Assembly: GCA_964057225.1 (NCBI GenBank) | Contig: OZ059898.1 | Span: 19,778,001-19,842,000 of the forward strand | From: Auanema rhodensis | Taxonomy: Eukaryota > Animalia > Nematoda | DNA length: 64,000 nucleotides | Direction of reading: 5' to 3' | Shown: positions 12,401-28,430 of the stretch, one piece after another | Position numbering within the stretch: position 1 is the first letter of the stretch | Layout of the letters: each line of letters starts with the position of its first letter | The notes under the pieces: generated by a model | Database searches by the model: none | Told to the model about the DNA's origin: nothing | The model's input: only the letters and a program-made list of their open reading frames with translations | Program-made: the position numbers and the translations under genes

Positions 12401-15400
12401 CGATCATAACTAATTTTTGTATTAAGCGTTTCTCAATGTAGTATAGTGCATTCGATGCGGATTTTTAAGCTGCGTCGATCTGTGTTATCAGATTTGCGCT
12501 AGCTTAAAAATGCACCGAGATATCAACTGATATAAGTTCACACTTATATCCTCGATTTTCACCCTGAAGAATTAATTTTTTCGTTGAATAACATTGTCCA
12601 TCGTCTTTGCCTTGAAAAAAGGAATCTAAAAACATCTACTTTTTGCTAAATTATTTTGAAATTTTTCGAAAAAATTTTTGTCAAAATGTTTTTGGAAGCA
12701 ATGTTGAGTGTACATGGAAACTCAACATACACTAATGCATCATTTTTCAAACAATCATAACTAATTTTTGTATTAAGCGTTTCTCAATGTAATATAGTGC
12801 ATTCGATGCGGATTTTTAAGCTGCGTCGATCTGTGTTATCGGATTTTCGCTAGCTTAAAAATGCACCGAGATATCAACTGATATAAGTTCACACTTATAT
12901 CCTCGATTTTCACCCTGAAGAATTAATTTTTTCGTTGAATAACATTGTCCATCGTCTTTGCCTTGTAAAAAGGAATCTAAAAACATTTACTTTTTGCTAA
13001 ATTATTCTGAAATTTTTCGAAAAAATTTTTGTCAAAATGTTTTTGGAAGCAAGGTTGAGTGTACTTGGAAACTCAACATACACTAATGCATTATTTTTCA
13101 AACGATCATAACTAATTTTTGTATTAAGCGTTTCTCAATGTAGTATAGTGCATTCGATGCGGATTTTTAAGCTGCGTCGATCTGTGTTATCAGATTTGCG
13201 CTAGCTTAAAAATGCACCGAGATATCAACTGATATAAGTTCACACTTATATCCTCGATTTTCACCCTGAAGAATTAATTTTTTCGTTGAATAACATTGTC
13301 CATCGTCTTTGCCTTGAAAAAAGGAATCTAAAAACATCTACTTTTTGCTAAATTATTTTGAAATTTTTCGAAAAAATTTTTGTCAAAATGTTTTTGGAAG
13401 CAAGGTTGAGTGTACTTGGAAACTCAACATACACTAATGCATTATTTTTCAAACGATCATAACTAATTTTTGTATTAAGCGTTTCTCAATGTAGTATAGT
13501 GCATTCGATGCGGATTTTCAAGCTGCGTCGATCTGTGTTATCAGATTTGCGCTAGCTTAAAAATGCACCGAGATATCAACTGATATAAGTTCACACTTAT
13601 ATCCTCGATTTTCACCCTGAAGAATTAATTTTTTCGTTGAATAACATTGTCCATCGTCTTTGCCTTGTAAAAAGGAATCTAAAAACATTTACTTTTTGCT
13701 AAATTATTCTGAAATTTTTCGAAAAAATTTTTGTCAAAATGTTTTTGGAAGCAAGGTTGAGTGTACTTGGAAACTCAACATACACTAATGCATTATTTTT
13801 CAAACGATCATAACTAATTTTTGTATTAAGCGTTTCTCAATGTAGTATAGTGCATTCGATGCGGATTTTTAAGCTGCGTCGATCTGTGTTATCAGATTTG
13901 CGCTAGCTTAAAAATGCACCGAGATATCAACTGATATAAGTTCACACTTATATCCTCGATTTTCACCCTGAAGAATTAATTTTTTCGTTGAATAACATTG
14001 TCCATCGTCTTTGCCTTGAAAAAAGGAATCTAAAAACATCTACTTTTTGCTAAATTATTTTGAAATTTTTCGAAAAAATTTTTGTCAAAATGTTTTTGGA
14101 AGCAATATTGAGTGTACATGGAAACTCAACATACACTAATGCATTATTTTTCAAACGATCATAACTAATTTTTGTATTAAGCGTTTCTCAATGTAGTATA
14201 GTGCACTCGATGCGGATTTTTAAGCTGCGTCGATCTGTGTTATCAGATTTGCGCTAGCTTAAAAATGCACCGAGATATCAACTGATATAAGTTCACACTT
14301 ATATCCTCGATTTTCACCCTGAAGAATTAATTTTTTCGTTGAATAACATTGTCCATCGTCTTTGCCTTGAAAAAAGGAATCTAAAAACATCTACTTTTTG
14401 CTAAATTATTTTGAAATTTTTCGAAAAAATTTTTGTCAAAATGTTTTTGGAAGCAAGGTTGAGTGTACTTGGAAACTCAACATACACTAATGCATTATTT
14501 TTCAAACGATCATAACTAATTTTTGTATTAAGCGTTTCTCAATGTAGTATAGTGCATTCGATGCGGATTTTCAAGCTGCGTCGATCTGTGTTATCAGATT
14601 TGCGCTAGCTTAAAAATGCACCGAGATATCAACTGATATAAGTTCACACTTATATCCTCGATTTTCACCCTGAAGAATTAATTTTTTCGTTGAATAACAT
14701 TGTCCATCGTCTTTGCCTTGTAAAAAGGAATCTAAAAACATTTACTTTTTGCTAAATTATTCTGAAATTTTTCGAAAAAATTTTTGTCAAAATGTTTTTG
14801 GAAGCAAGGTTGAGTGTACTTGGAAACTCAACATACACTAATGCATTATTTTTCAAACGATCATAACTAATTTTTGTATTAAGCGTTTCTCAATGTAGTA
14901 TAGTGCATTCGATGCGGATTTTTAAGCTGCGTCGATCTGTGTTATCAGATTTGCGCTAGCTTAAAAATGCACCGAGATATCAACTGATATAAGTTCACAC
15001 TTATATCCTCGATTTTCACCCTGAAGAATTAATTTTTTCGTTGAATAACATTGTCCATCGTCTTTGCCTTGAAAAAAGGAATCTAAAAACATCTACTTTT
15101 TGCTAAATTATTTTGAAATTTTTCGAAAAAATTTTTGTCAAAATGTTTTTGGAAGCAAGGTTGAGTGTACTTGGAAACTCAACATACACTAATGCATTAT
15201 TTTTCAAACGATCATAACTAATTTTTGTATTAAGCGTTTCTCAATGTAGTATAGTGCATTCGATGCGGATTTTCAAGCTGCGTCGATCTGTGTTATCAGA
15301 TTTGCGCTAGCTTAAAAATGCACCGAGATATCAACTGATATAAGTTCACACTTATATCCTCGATTTTCACCCTGAAGAATTAATTTTTTCGTTGAATAAC

Positions 15401-18400
15401 ATTGTCCATCGTCTTTGCCTTGAAAAAAGGAATCTAAAAACATCTACTTTTTGCTAAATTATTTTGAAATTTTTCGAAAAAATTTTTGTCAAAATGTTTT
15501 TGGAAGCAATATTGAGTGTACATGGAAACTCAACATACACTAATGCATTATTTTTCAAACGATCATAACTAATTTTTGTATTAAGCGTTTCTCAATGTAG
15601 TATAGTGCACTCGATGCGGATTTTTAAGCTGCGTCGATCTGTGTTATCAGATTTGCGCTAGCTTAAAAATGCACCGAGATATCAACTGATATAAGTTCAC
15701 ACTTATATCCTCGATTTTCACCCTGAAGAATTAATTTTTTCGTTGAATAACATTGTCCATCGTCTTTGCCTTGAAAAAAGGAATCTAAAAACATCTACTT
15801 TTTGCTAAATTATTCTGAAATTTTTCGAAAAAATTTTTGTCAAAATGTTTTTGGAAGCAAGGTTGAGTGTACATGGAAACTCAACATACACTAATGCATC
15901 ATTTTTCAAACAATCATAACTAATTTTTGTATTAAGCGTTTCTCAATGTAGTATAGTGCATTCGATGCGGATTTTCAAGCTGCGTCGATCTGTGTTATCA
16001 GATTTGCGCTAGCTTAAAAATGCACCGAGATATCAACTGATATAAGTTCACACTTATATCCTCGATTTTCACCCTGAAGAATTAATTTTTTCGTTGAATA
16101 ACATTGTCCATCGTCTTTGCCTTGTAAAAAGGAATCTAAAAACATTTACTTTTTGCTAAATTATTCTGAAATTTTTCGAAAAAATTTTTGTCAAAATGTT
16201 TTTGGAAGCAAGGTTGAGTGTACTTGGAAACTCAACATACACTAATGCATTATTTTTCAAACGATCATAACTAATTTTTGTATTAAGCGTTTCTCAATGT
16301 AGTATAGTGCATTCGATGCGGATTTTTAAGCTGCGTCGATCTGTGTTATCAGATTTGCGCTAGCTTAAAAATGCACCGAGATATCAACTGATATAAGTTC
16401 ACACTTATATCCTCGATTTTCACCCTGAAGAATTAATTTTTTCGTTGAATAACATTGTCCATCGTCTTTGCCTTGAAAAAAGGAATCTAAAAACATCTAC
16501 TTTTTGCTAAATTATTTTGAAATTTTTCGAAAAAATTTTTGTCAAAATGTTTTTGGAAGCAATGTTGAGTGTACATGGAAACTCAACATACACTAATGCA
16601 TCATTTTTCAAACAATCATAACTAATTTTTGTATTAAGCGTTTCTCAATGTAATATAGTGCATTCGATGCGGATTTTTAAGCTGCGTCGATCTGTGTTAT
16701 CGGATTTTCGCTAGCTTAAAAATGCACCGAGATATCAACTGATATAAGTTCACACTTATATCCTCGATTTTCACCCTGAAGAATTAATTTTTTCGTTGAA
16801 TAACATTGTCCATCGTCTTTGCCTTGTAAAAAGGAATCTAAAAACATTTACTTTTTGCTAAATTATTCTGAAATTTTTCGAAAAAATTTTTGTCAAAATG
16901 TTTTTGGAAGCAAGGTTGAGTGTACTTGGAAACTCAACATACACTAATGCATTATTTTTCAAACGATCATAACTAATTTTTGTATTAAGCGTTTCTCAAT
17001 GTAGTATAGTGCATTCGATGCGGATTTTTAAGCTGCGTCGATCTGTGTTATCAGATTTGCGCTAGCTTAAAAATGCACCGAGATATCAACTGATATAAGT
17101 TCACACTTATATCCTCGATTTTCACCCTGAAGAATTAATTTTTTCGTTGAATAACATTGTCCATCGTCTTTGCCTTGAAAAAAGGAATCTAAAAACATCT
17201 ACTTTTTGCTAAATTATTTTGAAATTTTTCGAAAAAATTTTTGTCAAAATGTTTTTGGAAGCAAGGTTGAGTGTACTTGGAAACTCAACATACACTAATG
17301 CATTATTTTTCAAACGATCATAACTAATTTTTGTATTAAGCGTTTCTCAATGTAGTATAGTGCATTCGATGCGGATTTTCAAGCTGCGTCGATCTGTGTT
17401 ATCAGATTTGCGCTAGCTTAAAAATGCACCGAGATATCAACTGATATAAGTTCACACTTATATCCTCGATTTTCACCCTGAAGAATTAATTTTTTCGTTG
17501 AATAACATTGTCCATCGTCTTTGCCTTGTAAAAAGGAATCTAAAAACATTTACTTTTTGCTAAATTATTCTGAAATTTTTCGAAAAAATTTTTGTCAAAA
17601 TGTTTTTGGAAGCAAGGTTGAGTGTACTTGGAAACTCAACATACACTAATGCATTATTTTTCAAACGATCATAACTAATTTTTGTATTAAGCGTTTCTCA
17701 ATGTAGTATAGTGCATTCGATGCGGATTTTTAAGCTGCGTCGATCTGTGTTATCAGATTTGCGCTAGCTTAAAAATGCACCGAGATATCAACTGATATAA
17801 GTTCACACTTATATCCTCGATTTTCACCCTGAAGAATTAATTTTTTCGTTGAATAACATTGTCCATCGTCTTTGCCTTGAAAAAAGGAATCTAAAAACAT
17901 CTACTTTTTGCTAAATTATTTTGAAATTTTTCGAAAAAATTTTTGTCAAAATGTTTTTGGAAGCAAGGTTGAGTGTACTTGGAAACTCAACATACACTAA
18001 TGCATTATTTTTCAAACGATCATAACTAATTTTTGTATTAAGCGTTTCTCAATGTAGTATAGTGCATTCGATGCGGATTTTCAAGCTGCGTCGATCTGTG
18101 TTATCAGATTTGCGCTAGCTTAAAAATGCACCGAGATATCAACTGATATAAGTTCACACTTATATCCTCGATTTTCACCCTGAAGAATTAATTTTTTCGT
18201 TGAATAACATTGTCCATCGTCTTTGCCTTGAAAAAAGGAATCTAAAAACATCTACTTTTTGCTAAATTATTTTGAAATTTTTCGAAAAAATTTTTGTCAA
18301 AATGTTTTTGGAAGCAATATTGAGTGTACATGGAAACTCAACATACACTAATGCATTATTTTTCAAACGATCATAACTAATTTTTGTATTAAGCGTTTCT

Positions 18401-21400
18401 CAATGTAGTATAGTGCACTCGATGCGGATTTTTAAGCTGCGTCGATCTGTGTTATCAGATTTGCGCTAGCTTAAAAATGCACCGAGATATCAACTGATAT
18501 AAGTTCACACTTATATCCTCGATTTTCACCCTGAAGAATTAATTTTTTCGTTGAATAACATTGTCCATCGTCTTTGCCTTGAAAAAAGGAATCTAAAAAC
18601 ATCTACTTTTTGCTAAATTATTCTGAAATTCTTCGAAAAAATTTTTGTCAAAATGTTTTTGGAAGCAAGGTTGAGTGTACATGGAAACTCAACATACACT
18701 AATGCATCATTTTTCAAACAATCATAACTAATTTTTGTATTAAGCGTTTCTCAATGTAATATAGTGCATTCGATGCGGATTTTTAAGCTGCGTCGATCTG
18801 TGTTATCAGATTTGCGCTAGCTTAAAAATGCACCGAGATATCAACTGATATAAGTTCACACTTATATCCTCGATTTTCACCCTGAAGAATTAATTTTTTC
18901 GTTGAATAACATTGTCCATCGTCTTTGCCTTGTAAAAAGGAATCTAAAAACATTTACTTTTTGCTAAATTATTCTGAAATTTTTCGAAAAAATTTTTGTC
19001 AAAATGTTTTTGGAAGCAAGGTTGAGTGTACTTGGAAACTCAACATACACTAATGCATTATTTTTCAAACGATCATAACTAATTTTTGTATTAAGCGTTT
19101 TTCAATGTAGTATAGTGCATTCGATGCGGATTTTTAAGCTGCGTCGATCTGTGTTATCAGATTTGCGCTAGCTTAAAAATGCACCGAGATATCAACTGAT
19201 ATAAGTTCACACTTATATCCTCGATTTTCACCCTGAAGAATTAATTTTTTCGTTGAATAACATTGTCCATCGTCTTTGCCTTGTAAAAAGGAATCTAAAA
19301 ACATTTACTTTTTGCTAAATTATTCTGAAATTTTTCGAAAAAATTTTTGTCAAAATGTTTTTGGAAGCAAGGTTGAGTGTACTTGGAAACTCAACATACA
19401 CTAATGCATTATTTTTCAAACGATCATAACTAATTTTTGTATTAAGCGTTTCTCAATGTAGTATAGTGCATTCGATGCGGATTTTTAAGCTGCGTCGATC
19501 TGTGTTATCAGATTTGCGCTAGCTTAAAAATGCACCGAGATATCAACTGATATAAGTTCACACTTATATCCTCGATTTTCACCCTGAAGAATTAATTTTT
19601 TCGTTGAATAACATTGTCCATCGTCTTTGCCTTGAAAAAAGGAATCTAAAAACATCTACTTTTTGCTAAATTATTTTGAAATTTTTCGAAAAAATTTTTG
19701 TCAAAATGTTTTTGGAAGCAAGGTTGAGTGTACATGGAAACTCAACATACACTAATGCATTATTTTTCAAACGATCATAACTAATTTTTGTATTAAGCGT
19801 TTTTCAATGTAGTATAGTGCATTCGATGCGGATTTTTAAGCTGCGTCGATCTGTGTTATCAGATTTGCGCTAGCTTAAAAATGCACCGAGATATCAACTG
19901 ATATAAGTTCACACTTATATCCTCGATTTTCACCCTGAAGAATTAATTTTTTCGTTGAATAACATTGTCCATCGTCTTTGCCTTGAAAAAAGGAATCTAA
20001 AAACATCTACTTTTTGCTAAATTATTTTGAAATTTTTCGAAAAAATTTTTGTCAAAATGTTTTTGGAAGCAAGGTTGAGTGTACATGGAAACTCAACATA
20101 CACTAATGCATTATTTTTCAAACGATCATAACTAATTTTTGTATTAAGCGTTTTTTAATGTAGTATAGTGCACTCGATGCGGATTTTTAAGCTGCGTCGA
20201 TCTGTGTTATCAGATTTGCGCTAGCTTAAAAATGCACCGAGATATCAACTGATATAAGTTCACACTTATATCCTCGATTTTCACCCTGAAGAATTAATTT
20301 TTTCGTTGAATAACATTGTCCATCGTCTTTGCCTTGAAAAAAGGAATCTAAAAACATTTACTTTTTGCTAAATTATTTTGAAATTTTTTGAAAAAATTTT
20401 TGTCAAAATGTTTTTGGAAGCAAGGTTGAGTGTACATGGAAACTCAACATACACTAATGCATTATTTTTCAAACGATCATAACTAATTTTTGTATTAAGC
20501 GTTTTTCAATGTAGTATAGTGCACTCGATGCGGATTTTTAAGCTGCGTCGATCTGTGTTATCAGATTTGCGCTAGCTTAAAAATGCACCGAGATATCAAC
20601 TGATATAAGTTCACACTTATATCCTCGATTTTCACCCTGAAGAATTAATTTTTTCGTTGAATAACATTGTCCATCGTCTTTGCCTTGAAAAAAGGAATCT
20701 AAAAACATCTACTTTTTGCTAAATTATTTTGAAATTTTTCGAAAAAATTTTTGTCAAAATGTTTTTGGAAGCAAGGTTGAGTGTACATGGAAACTCAACA
20801 TAAACTAATGCATCATTTTTCAAACGATCATAACTAATTTTTGTATTAAGCGTTTTTCAATGTAATATAGTGCATTCGATGCGGATTTTTAAGCTGCGTC
20901 GATCTGTGTTATCAGATTTGCGCTAGCTTAAAAATGCACCGAGATATCAACTGATATAAGTTCACACTTATATCCTCGATTTTCACCCTGAAGAATTAAT
21001 TTTTTCGTTGAATAACATTGTCCATCGTCTTTGCCTTGAAAAAAGGAATCTAAAAACATTTACTTTTTGCTAAATTATTTTGAAATTTTTTGAAAAAATT
21101 TTTGTCAAAATGTTTTTGGAAGCAAGGTTGAGTGTACATGGAAACTCAACATACACTAATGCATTATTTTTCAAACGATCATAACTAATTTTTGTATTAA
21201 GCGTTTTTCAATGTAGTATAGTGCACTCGATGCGGATTTTTAAGCTGCGTCGATCTGTGTTATCAGATTTGCGCTAGCTTAAAAATGCACCGAGATATCA
21301 ACTGATATAAGTTCACACTTATATCCTCGATTTTCACCCTGAAGAATTAATTTTTTCGTTGAATAACATTGTCCATCGTCTTTGCCTTGAAAAAAGGAAT

Positions 21401-22463
21401 CTAAAAACATCTACTTTTTGCTAAATTATTTTGAAATTTTTCGAAAAAATTTTTGTCAAAATGTTTTTGGAAGCAAGGTTGAGTGTACATGGAAACTCAA
21501 CATAAACTAATGCATCATTTTTCAAACGATCATAACTAATTTTTGTATTAAGCGTTTTTCAATGTAATATAGTGCATTCGATGCGGATTTTTAAGCTGCG
21601 TCGATCTGTGTTATCAGATTTGCGCTAGCTTAAAAATGCACCGAGATATCAACTGATATAAGTTCACACTTATATCCTCGATTTTCACCCTAAAGAATTA
21701 ATTTTTTCGTTGAATAACATTGTCCATCGTCTTTGCCTTGAAAGAAGGAATCTAAAAACATTTACTTTTTGCTAAATTATTTTGAAATTTTTTGAAAAAA
21801 TTTTTGTCAAAATGTTTTTGGAAGCAAGGTTGAGTGTACATGGAAACTCAACATACACTAATGCATTATTTTTCAAACGATCATAACTAATTTTTGTATT
21901 AAGCGTTTTTCAATGTAGTATAGTGCACTCGATGCGGATTTTTAAGCTGCGTCGATCTGTGTTATCAGATTTGCGCTAGCTTAAAAATGCACCGAGATAT
22001 CAACTGATATAAGTTCACACTTATATCCTCGATTTTCACCCTGAAGAATTAATTTTTTCGTTGAATAACATTGTCCATCGTCTTTGCCTTGAAAAAAGGA
22101 ATCTAAAAACATCTACTTTTTGCTAAATTATTTTGAAATTTTTCGAAAAAATTTTTGTCAAAATGTTTTTGGAAGCAAGGTTGAGTGTACATGGAAACTC
22201 AACATAAACTAATGCATCATTTTTCAAACGATCATAACTAATTTTTGTATTAAGCGTTTTTCAATGTAATATAGTGCATTCGATGCGGATTTTTAAGCTG
22301 CGTCGATCTGTGTTATCAGATTTGCGCTAGCTTAAAAATGCACCGAGATATCAACTGATATAAGTTCACACTTATATCCTCGATTTTCACCCTGAAGAAT
22401 TAATTTTTTCGTTGAATAACATTGTCCATCGTCTTTGCCTTGAAAAAAGGAATCTAAAAACAT

Positions 22464-25400
22464 CTACTTTTTGCTAAATTATTTTGAAATTTTTCGAAAA
22501 AATTTTTGTCAAAATGTTTTTGGAAGCAAGGTTGAGTGTACATGGAAACTCAACATACACTAATGCATTATTTTTCAAACGATCATAACTAATTTTTGTA
22601 TTAAGCGTTTCTCAATGTAGTATAGTGCATTCGATGCGGATTTTCAAGCTGCGTCGATCTGTGTTATCAGATTTGCGCTAGCTTAAAAATGCACCGAGAT
22701 ATCAACTGATATAAGTTCACACTTATATCCTCGATTTTCACCCTGAAGAATTAATTTTTTCGTTGAATAACATTGTCCATCGTCTTTGCCTTGAAAAAAG
22801 GAATCTAAAAACATCTACTTTTTGCTAAATTATTTTGAAATTTTTCGAAAAAATTTTTGTCAAAATGTTTTTGGAAGCAATATTGAGTGTACATGGAAAC
22901 TCAACATACACTAATGCATTATTTTTCAAACGATCATAACTAATTTTTGTATTAAGCGTTTCTCAATGTAGTATAGTGCACTCGATGCGGATTTTTAAGC
23001 TGCGTCGATCTGTGTTATCAGATTTGCGCTAGCTTAAAAATGCACCGAGATATCAACTGATATAAGTTCACACTTATATCCTCGATTTTCACCCTGAAGA
23101 ATTAATTTTTTCGTTGAAAAACATTGTCCATCGTCTTTGCCTTGAAAAAAGGAATCTAAAAACATCTACTTTTTGCTAAATTATTTTGAAATTTTTCGAA
23201 AAAATTTTTGTCAAAATGTTTTTGGAAGCAAGGTTGAGTGTACTTGGAAACTCAACATACACTAATGCATTATTTTTCAAACGATCATAACTAATTTTTG
23301 TATTAAGCGTTTCTCAATGTAGTATAGTGCATTCGATGCGGATTTTCAAGCTGCGTCGATCTGTGTTATCAGATTTGCGCTAGCTTAAAAATGCACCGAG
23401 ATATCAACTGATATAAGTTCACACTTATATCCTCGATTTTCACCCTGAAGAATTAATTTTTTCGTTGAATAACATTGTCCATCGTCTTTGCCTTGAAAAA
23501 AGGAATCTAAAAACATCTACTTTTTGCTAAATTATTTTGAAATTTTTCGAAAAAATTTTTGTCAAAATGTTTTTGGAAGCAATATTGAGTGTACATGGAA
23601 ACTCAACATACACTAATGCATTATTTTTCAAACGATCATAACTAATTTTTGTATTAAGCGTTTCTCAATGTAGTATAGTGCACTCGATGCGGATTTTTAA
23701 GCTGCGTCGATCTGTGTTATCAGATTTGCGCTAGCTTAAAAATGCACCGAGATATCAACTGATATAAGTTCACACTTATATCCTCGATTTTCACCCTGAA
23801 GAATTAATTTTTTCGTTGAATAACATTGTCCATCGTCTTTGCCTTGAAAAAAGGAATCTAAAAACATCTACTTTTTGCTAAATTATTCTGAAATTCTTCG
23901 AAAAAATTTTTGTCAAAATGTTTTTGGAAGCAAGGTTGAGTGTACATGGAAACTCAACATACACTAATGCATCATTTTTCAAACAATCATAACTAATTTT
24001 TGTATTAAGCGTTTCTCAATGTAATATAGTGCATTCGATGCGGATTTTTAAGCTGCGTCGATCTGTGTTATCAGATTTGCGCTAGCTTAAAAATGCACCG
24101 AGATATCAACTGATATAAGTTCACACTTATATCCTCGATTTTCACCCTGAAGAATTAATTTTTTCGTTGAATAACATTGTCCATCGTCTTTGCCTTGTAA
24201 AAAGGAATCTAAAAACATTTACTTTTTGCTAAATTATTCTGAAATTTTTCGAAAAAATTTTTGTCAAAATGTTTTTGGAAGCAAGGTTGAGTGTACTTGG
24301 AAACTCAACATACACTAATGCATTATTTTTCAAACGATCATAACTAATTTTTGTATTAAGCGTTTTTCAATGTAGTATAGTGCATTCGATGCGGATTTTT
24401 AAGCTGCGTCGATCTGTGTTATCAGATTTGCGCTAGCTTAAAAATGCACCGAGATATCAACTGATATAAGTTCACACTTATATCCTCGATTTTCACCCTG
24501 AAGAATTAATTTTTTCGTTGAATAACATTGTCCATCGTCTTTGCCTTGTAAAAAGGAATCTAAAAACATTTACTTTTTGCTAAATTATTCTGAAATTTTT
24601 CGAAAAAATTTTTGTCAAAATGTTTTTGGAAGCAAGGTTGAGTGTACTTGGAAACTCAACATACACTAATGCATTATTTTTCAAACGATCATAACTAATT
24701 TTTGTATTAAGCGTTTCTCAATGTAGTATAGTGCATTCGATGCGGATTTTTAAGCTGCGTCGATCTGTGTTATCAGATTTGCGCTAGCTTAAAAATGCAC
24801 CGAGATATCAACTGATATAAGTTCACACTTATATCCTCGATTTTCACCCTGAAGAATTAATTTTTTCGTTGAATAACATTGTCCATCGTCTTTGCCTTGA
24901 AAAAAGGAATCTAAAAACATCTACTTTTTGCTAAATTATTTTGAAATTTTTCGAAAAAATTTTTGTCAAAATGTTTTTGGAAGCAAGGTTGAGTGTACAT
25001 GGAAACTCAACATACACTAATGCATTATTTTTCAAACGATCATAACTAATTTTTGTATTAAGCGTTTTTCAATGTAGTATAGTGCATTCGATGCGGATTT
25101 TTAAGCTGCGTCGATCTGTGTTATCAGATTTGCGCTAGCTTAAAAATGCACCGAGATATCAACTGATATAAGTTCACACTTATATCCTCGATTTTCACCC
25201 TGAAGAATTAATTTTTTCGTTGAATAACATTGTCCATCGTCTTTGCCTTGAAAAAAGGAATCTAAAAACATCTACTTTTTGCTAAATTATTTTGAAATTT
25301 TTCGAAAAAATTTTTGTCAAAATGTTTTTGGAAGCAAGGTTGAGTGTACATGGAAACTCAACATACACTAATGCATTATTTTTCAAACGATCATAACTAA

Positions 25401-28079
25401 TTTTTGTATTAAGCGTTTCTCAATGTAGTATAGTGCATTCGATGCGGATTTTCAAGCTGCGTCGATCTGTGTTATCAGATTTGCGCTAGCTTAAAAATGC
25501 ACCGAGATATCAACTGATATAAGTTCACACTTATATCCTCGATTTTCACCCTGAAGAATTAATTTTTTCGTTGAATAACATTGTCCATCGTCTTTGCCTT
25601 GAAAAAAGGAATCTAAAAACATCTACTTTTTGCTAAATTATTTTGAAATTTTTCGAAAAAATTTTTGTCAAAATGTTTTTGGAAGCAATATTGAGTGTAC
25701 ATGGAAACTCAACATACACTAATGCATTATTTTTCAAACGATCATAACTAATTTTTGTATTAAGCGTTTCTCAATGTAGTATAGTGCACTCGATGCGGAT
25801 TTTTAAGCTGCGTCGATCTGTGTTATCAGATTTGCGCTAGCTTAAAAATGCACCGAGATATCAACTGATATAAGTTCACACTTATATCCTCGATTTTCAC
25901 CCTGAAGAATTAATTTTTTCGTTGAAAAACATTGTCCATCGTCTTTGCCTTGAAAAAAGGAATCTAAAAACATCTACTTTTTGCTAAATTATTTTGAAAT
26001 TTTTCGAAAAAATTTTTGTCAAAATGTTTTTGGAAGCAAGGTTGAGTGTACTTGGAAACTCAACATACACTAATGCATTATTTTTCAAACGATCATAACT
26101 AATTTTTGTATTAAGCGTTTCTCAATGTAGTATAGTGCATTCGATGCGGATTTTCAAGCTGCGTCGATCTGTGTTATCAGATTTGCGCTAGCTTAAAAAT
26201 GCACCGAGATATCAACTGATATAAGTTCACACTTATATCCTCGATTTTCACCCTGAAGAATTAATTTTTTCGTTGAATAACATTGTCCATCGTCTTTGCC
26301 TTGAAAAAAGGAATCTAAAAACATCTACTTTTTGCTAAATTATTTTGAAATTTTTCGAAAAAATTTTTGTCAAAATGTTTTTGGAAGCAATATTGAGTGT
26401 ACATGGAAACTCAACATACACTAATGCATTATTTTTCAAACGATCATAACTAATTTTTGTATTAAGCGTTTCTCAATGTAGTATAGTGCACTCGATGCGG
26501 ATTTTTAAGCTGCGTCGATCTGTGTTATCAGATTTGCGCTAGCTTAAAAATGCACCGAGATATCAACTGATATAAGTTCACACTTATATCCTCGATTTTC
26601 ACCCTGAAGAATTAATTTTTTCGTTGAATAACATTGTCCATCGTCTTTGCCTTGAAAAAAGGAATCTAAAAACATCTACTTTTTGCTAAATTATTCTGAA
26701 ATTCTTCGAAAAAATTTTTGTCAAAATGTTTTTGGAAGCAAGGTTGAGTGTACATGGAAACTCAACATACACTAATGCATCATTTTTCAAACAATCATAA
26801 CTAATTTTTGTATTAAGCGTTTCTCAATGTAATATAGTGCATTCGATGCGGATTTTTAAGCTGCGTCGATCTGTGTTATCAGATTTGCGCTAGCTTAAAA
26901 ATGCACCGAGATATCAACTGATATAAGTTCACACTTATATCCTCGATTTTCACCCTGAAGAATTAATTTTTTCGTTGAATAACATTGTCCATCGTCTTTG
27001 CCTTGTAAAAAGGAATCTAAAAACATTTACTTTTTGCTAAATTATTCTGAAATTTTTCGAAAAAATTTTTGTCAAAATGTTTTTGGAAGCAAGGTTGAGT
27101 GTACTTGGAAACTCAACATACACTAATGCATTATTTTTCAAACGATCATAACTAATTTTTGTATTAAGCGTTTTTCAATGTAGTATAGTGCATTCGATGC
27201 GGATTTTTAAGCTGCGTCGATCTGTGTTATCAGATTTGCGCTAGCTTAAAAATGCACCGAGATATCAACTGATATAAGTTCACACTTATATCCTCGATTT
27301 TCACCCTGAAGAATTAATTTTTTCGTTGAATAACATTGTCCATCGTCTTTGCCTTGTAAAAAGGAATCTAAAAACATTTACTTTTTGCTAAATTATTCTG
27401 AAATTTTTCGAAAAAATTTTTGTCAAAATGTTTTTGGAAGCAAGGTTGAGTGTACTTGGAAACTCAACATACACTAATGCATTATTTTTCAAACGATCAT
27501 AACTAATTTTTGTATTAAGCGTTTCTCAATGTAGTATAGTGCATTCGATGCGGATTTTTAAGCTGCGTCGATCTGTGTTATCAGATTTGCGCTAGCTTAA
27601 AAATGCACCGAGATATCAACTGATATAAGTTCACACTTATATCCTCGATTTTCACCCTGAAGAATTAATTTTTTCGTTGAATAACATTGTCCATCGTCTT
27701 TGCCTTGAAAAAAGGAATCTAAAAACATCTACTTTTTGCTAAATTATTTTGAAATTTTTCGAAAAAATTTTTGTCAAAATGTTTTTGGAAGCAAGGTTGA
27801 GTGTACATGGAAACTCAACATACACTAATGCATTATTTTTCAAACGATCATAACTAATTTTTGTATTAAGCGTTTTTCAATGTAGTATAGTGCATTCGAT
27901 GCGGATTTTTAAGCTGCGTCGATCTGTGTTATCAGATTTGCGCTAGCTTAAAAATGCACCGAGATATCAACTGATATAAGTTCACACTTATATCCTCGAT
28001 TTTCACCCTGAAGAATTAATTTTTTCGTTGAATAACATTGTCCATCGTCTTTGCCTTGAAAAAAGGAATCTAAAAACAT
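22464..28079. repeat. Tandem higher-order repeat: 8 monomers (2808 bp) x 2
   Basis: Monomers 65-72 and 73-80 have the same haplotype order. Rare markers 'ttgaaaaac' (23119/25927) and 'aattcttcg' (23896/26704) are each 2808 bp apart. Confidence 0.9.
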
Positions 28080-28430
28080 CTACTTTTTGCTAAATTATTT
28101 TGAAATTTTTCGAAAAAATTTTTGTCAAAATGTTTTTGGAAGCAAGGTTGAGTGTACATGGAAACTCAACATACACTAATGCATTATTTTTCAAACGATC
28201 ATAACTAATTTTTGTATTAAGCGTTTTTTAATGTAGTATAGTGCACTCGATGCGGATTTTTAAGCTGCGTCGATCTGTGTTATCAGATTTGCGCTAGCTT
28301 AAAAATGCACCGAGATATCAACTGATATAAGTTCACACTTATATCCTCGATTTTCACCCTGAAGAATTAATTTTTTCGTTGAATAACATTGTCCATCGTC
28401 TTTGCCTTGAAAAAAGGAATCTAAAAACAT

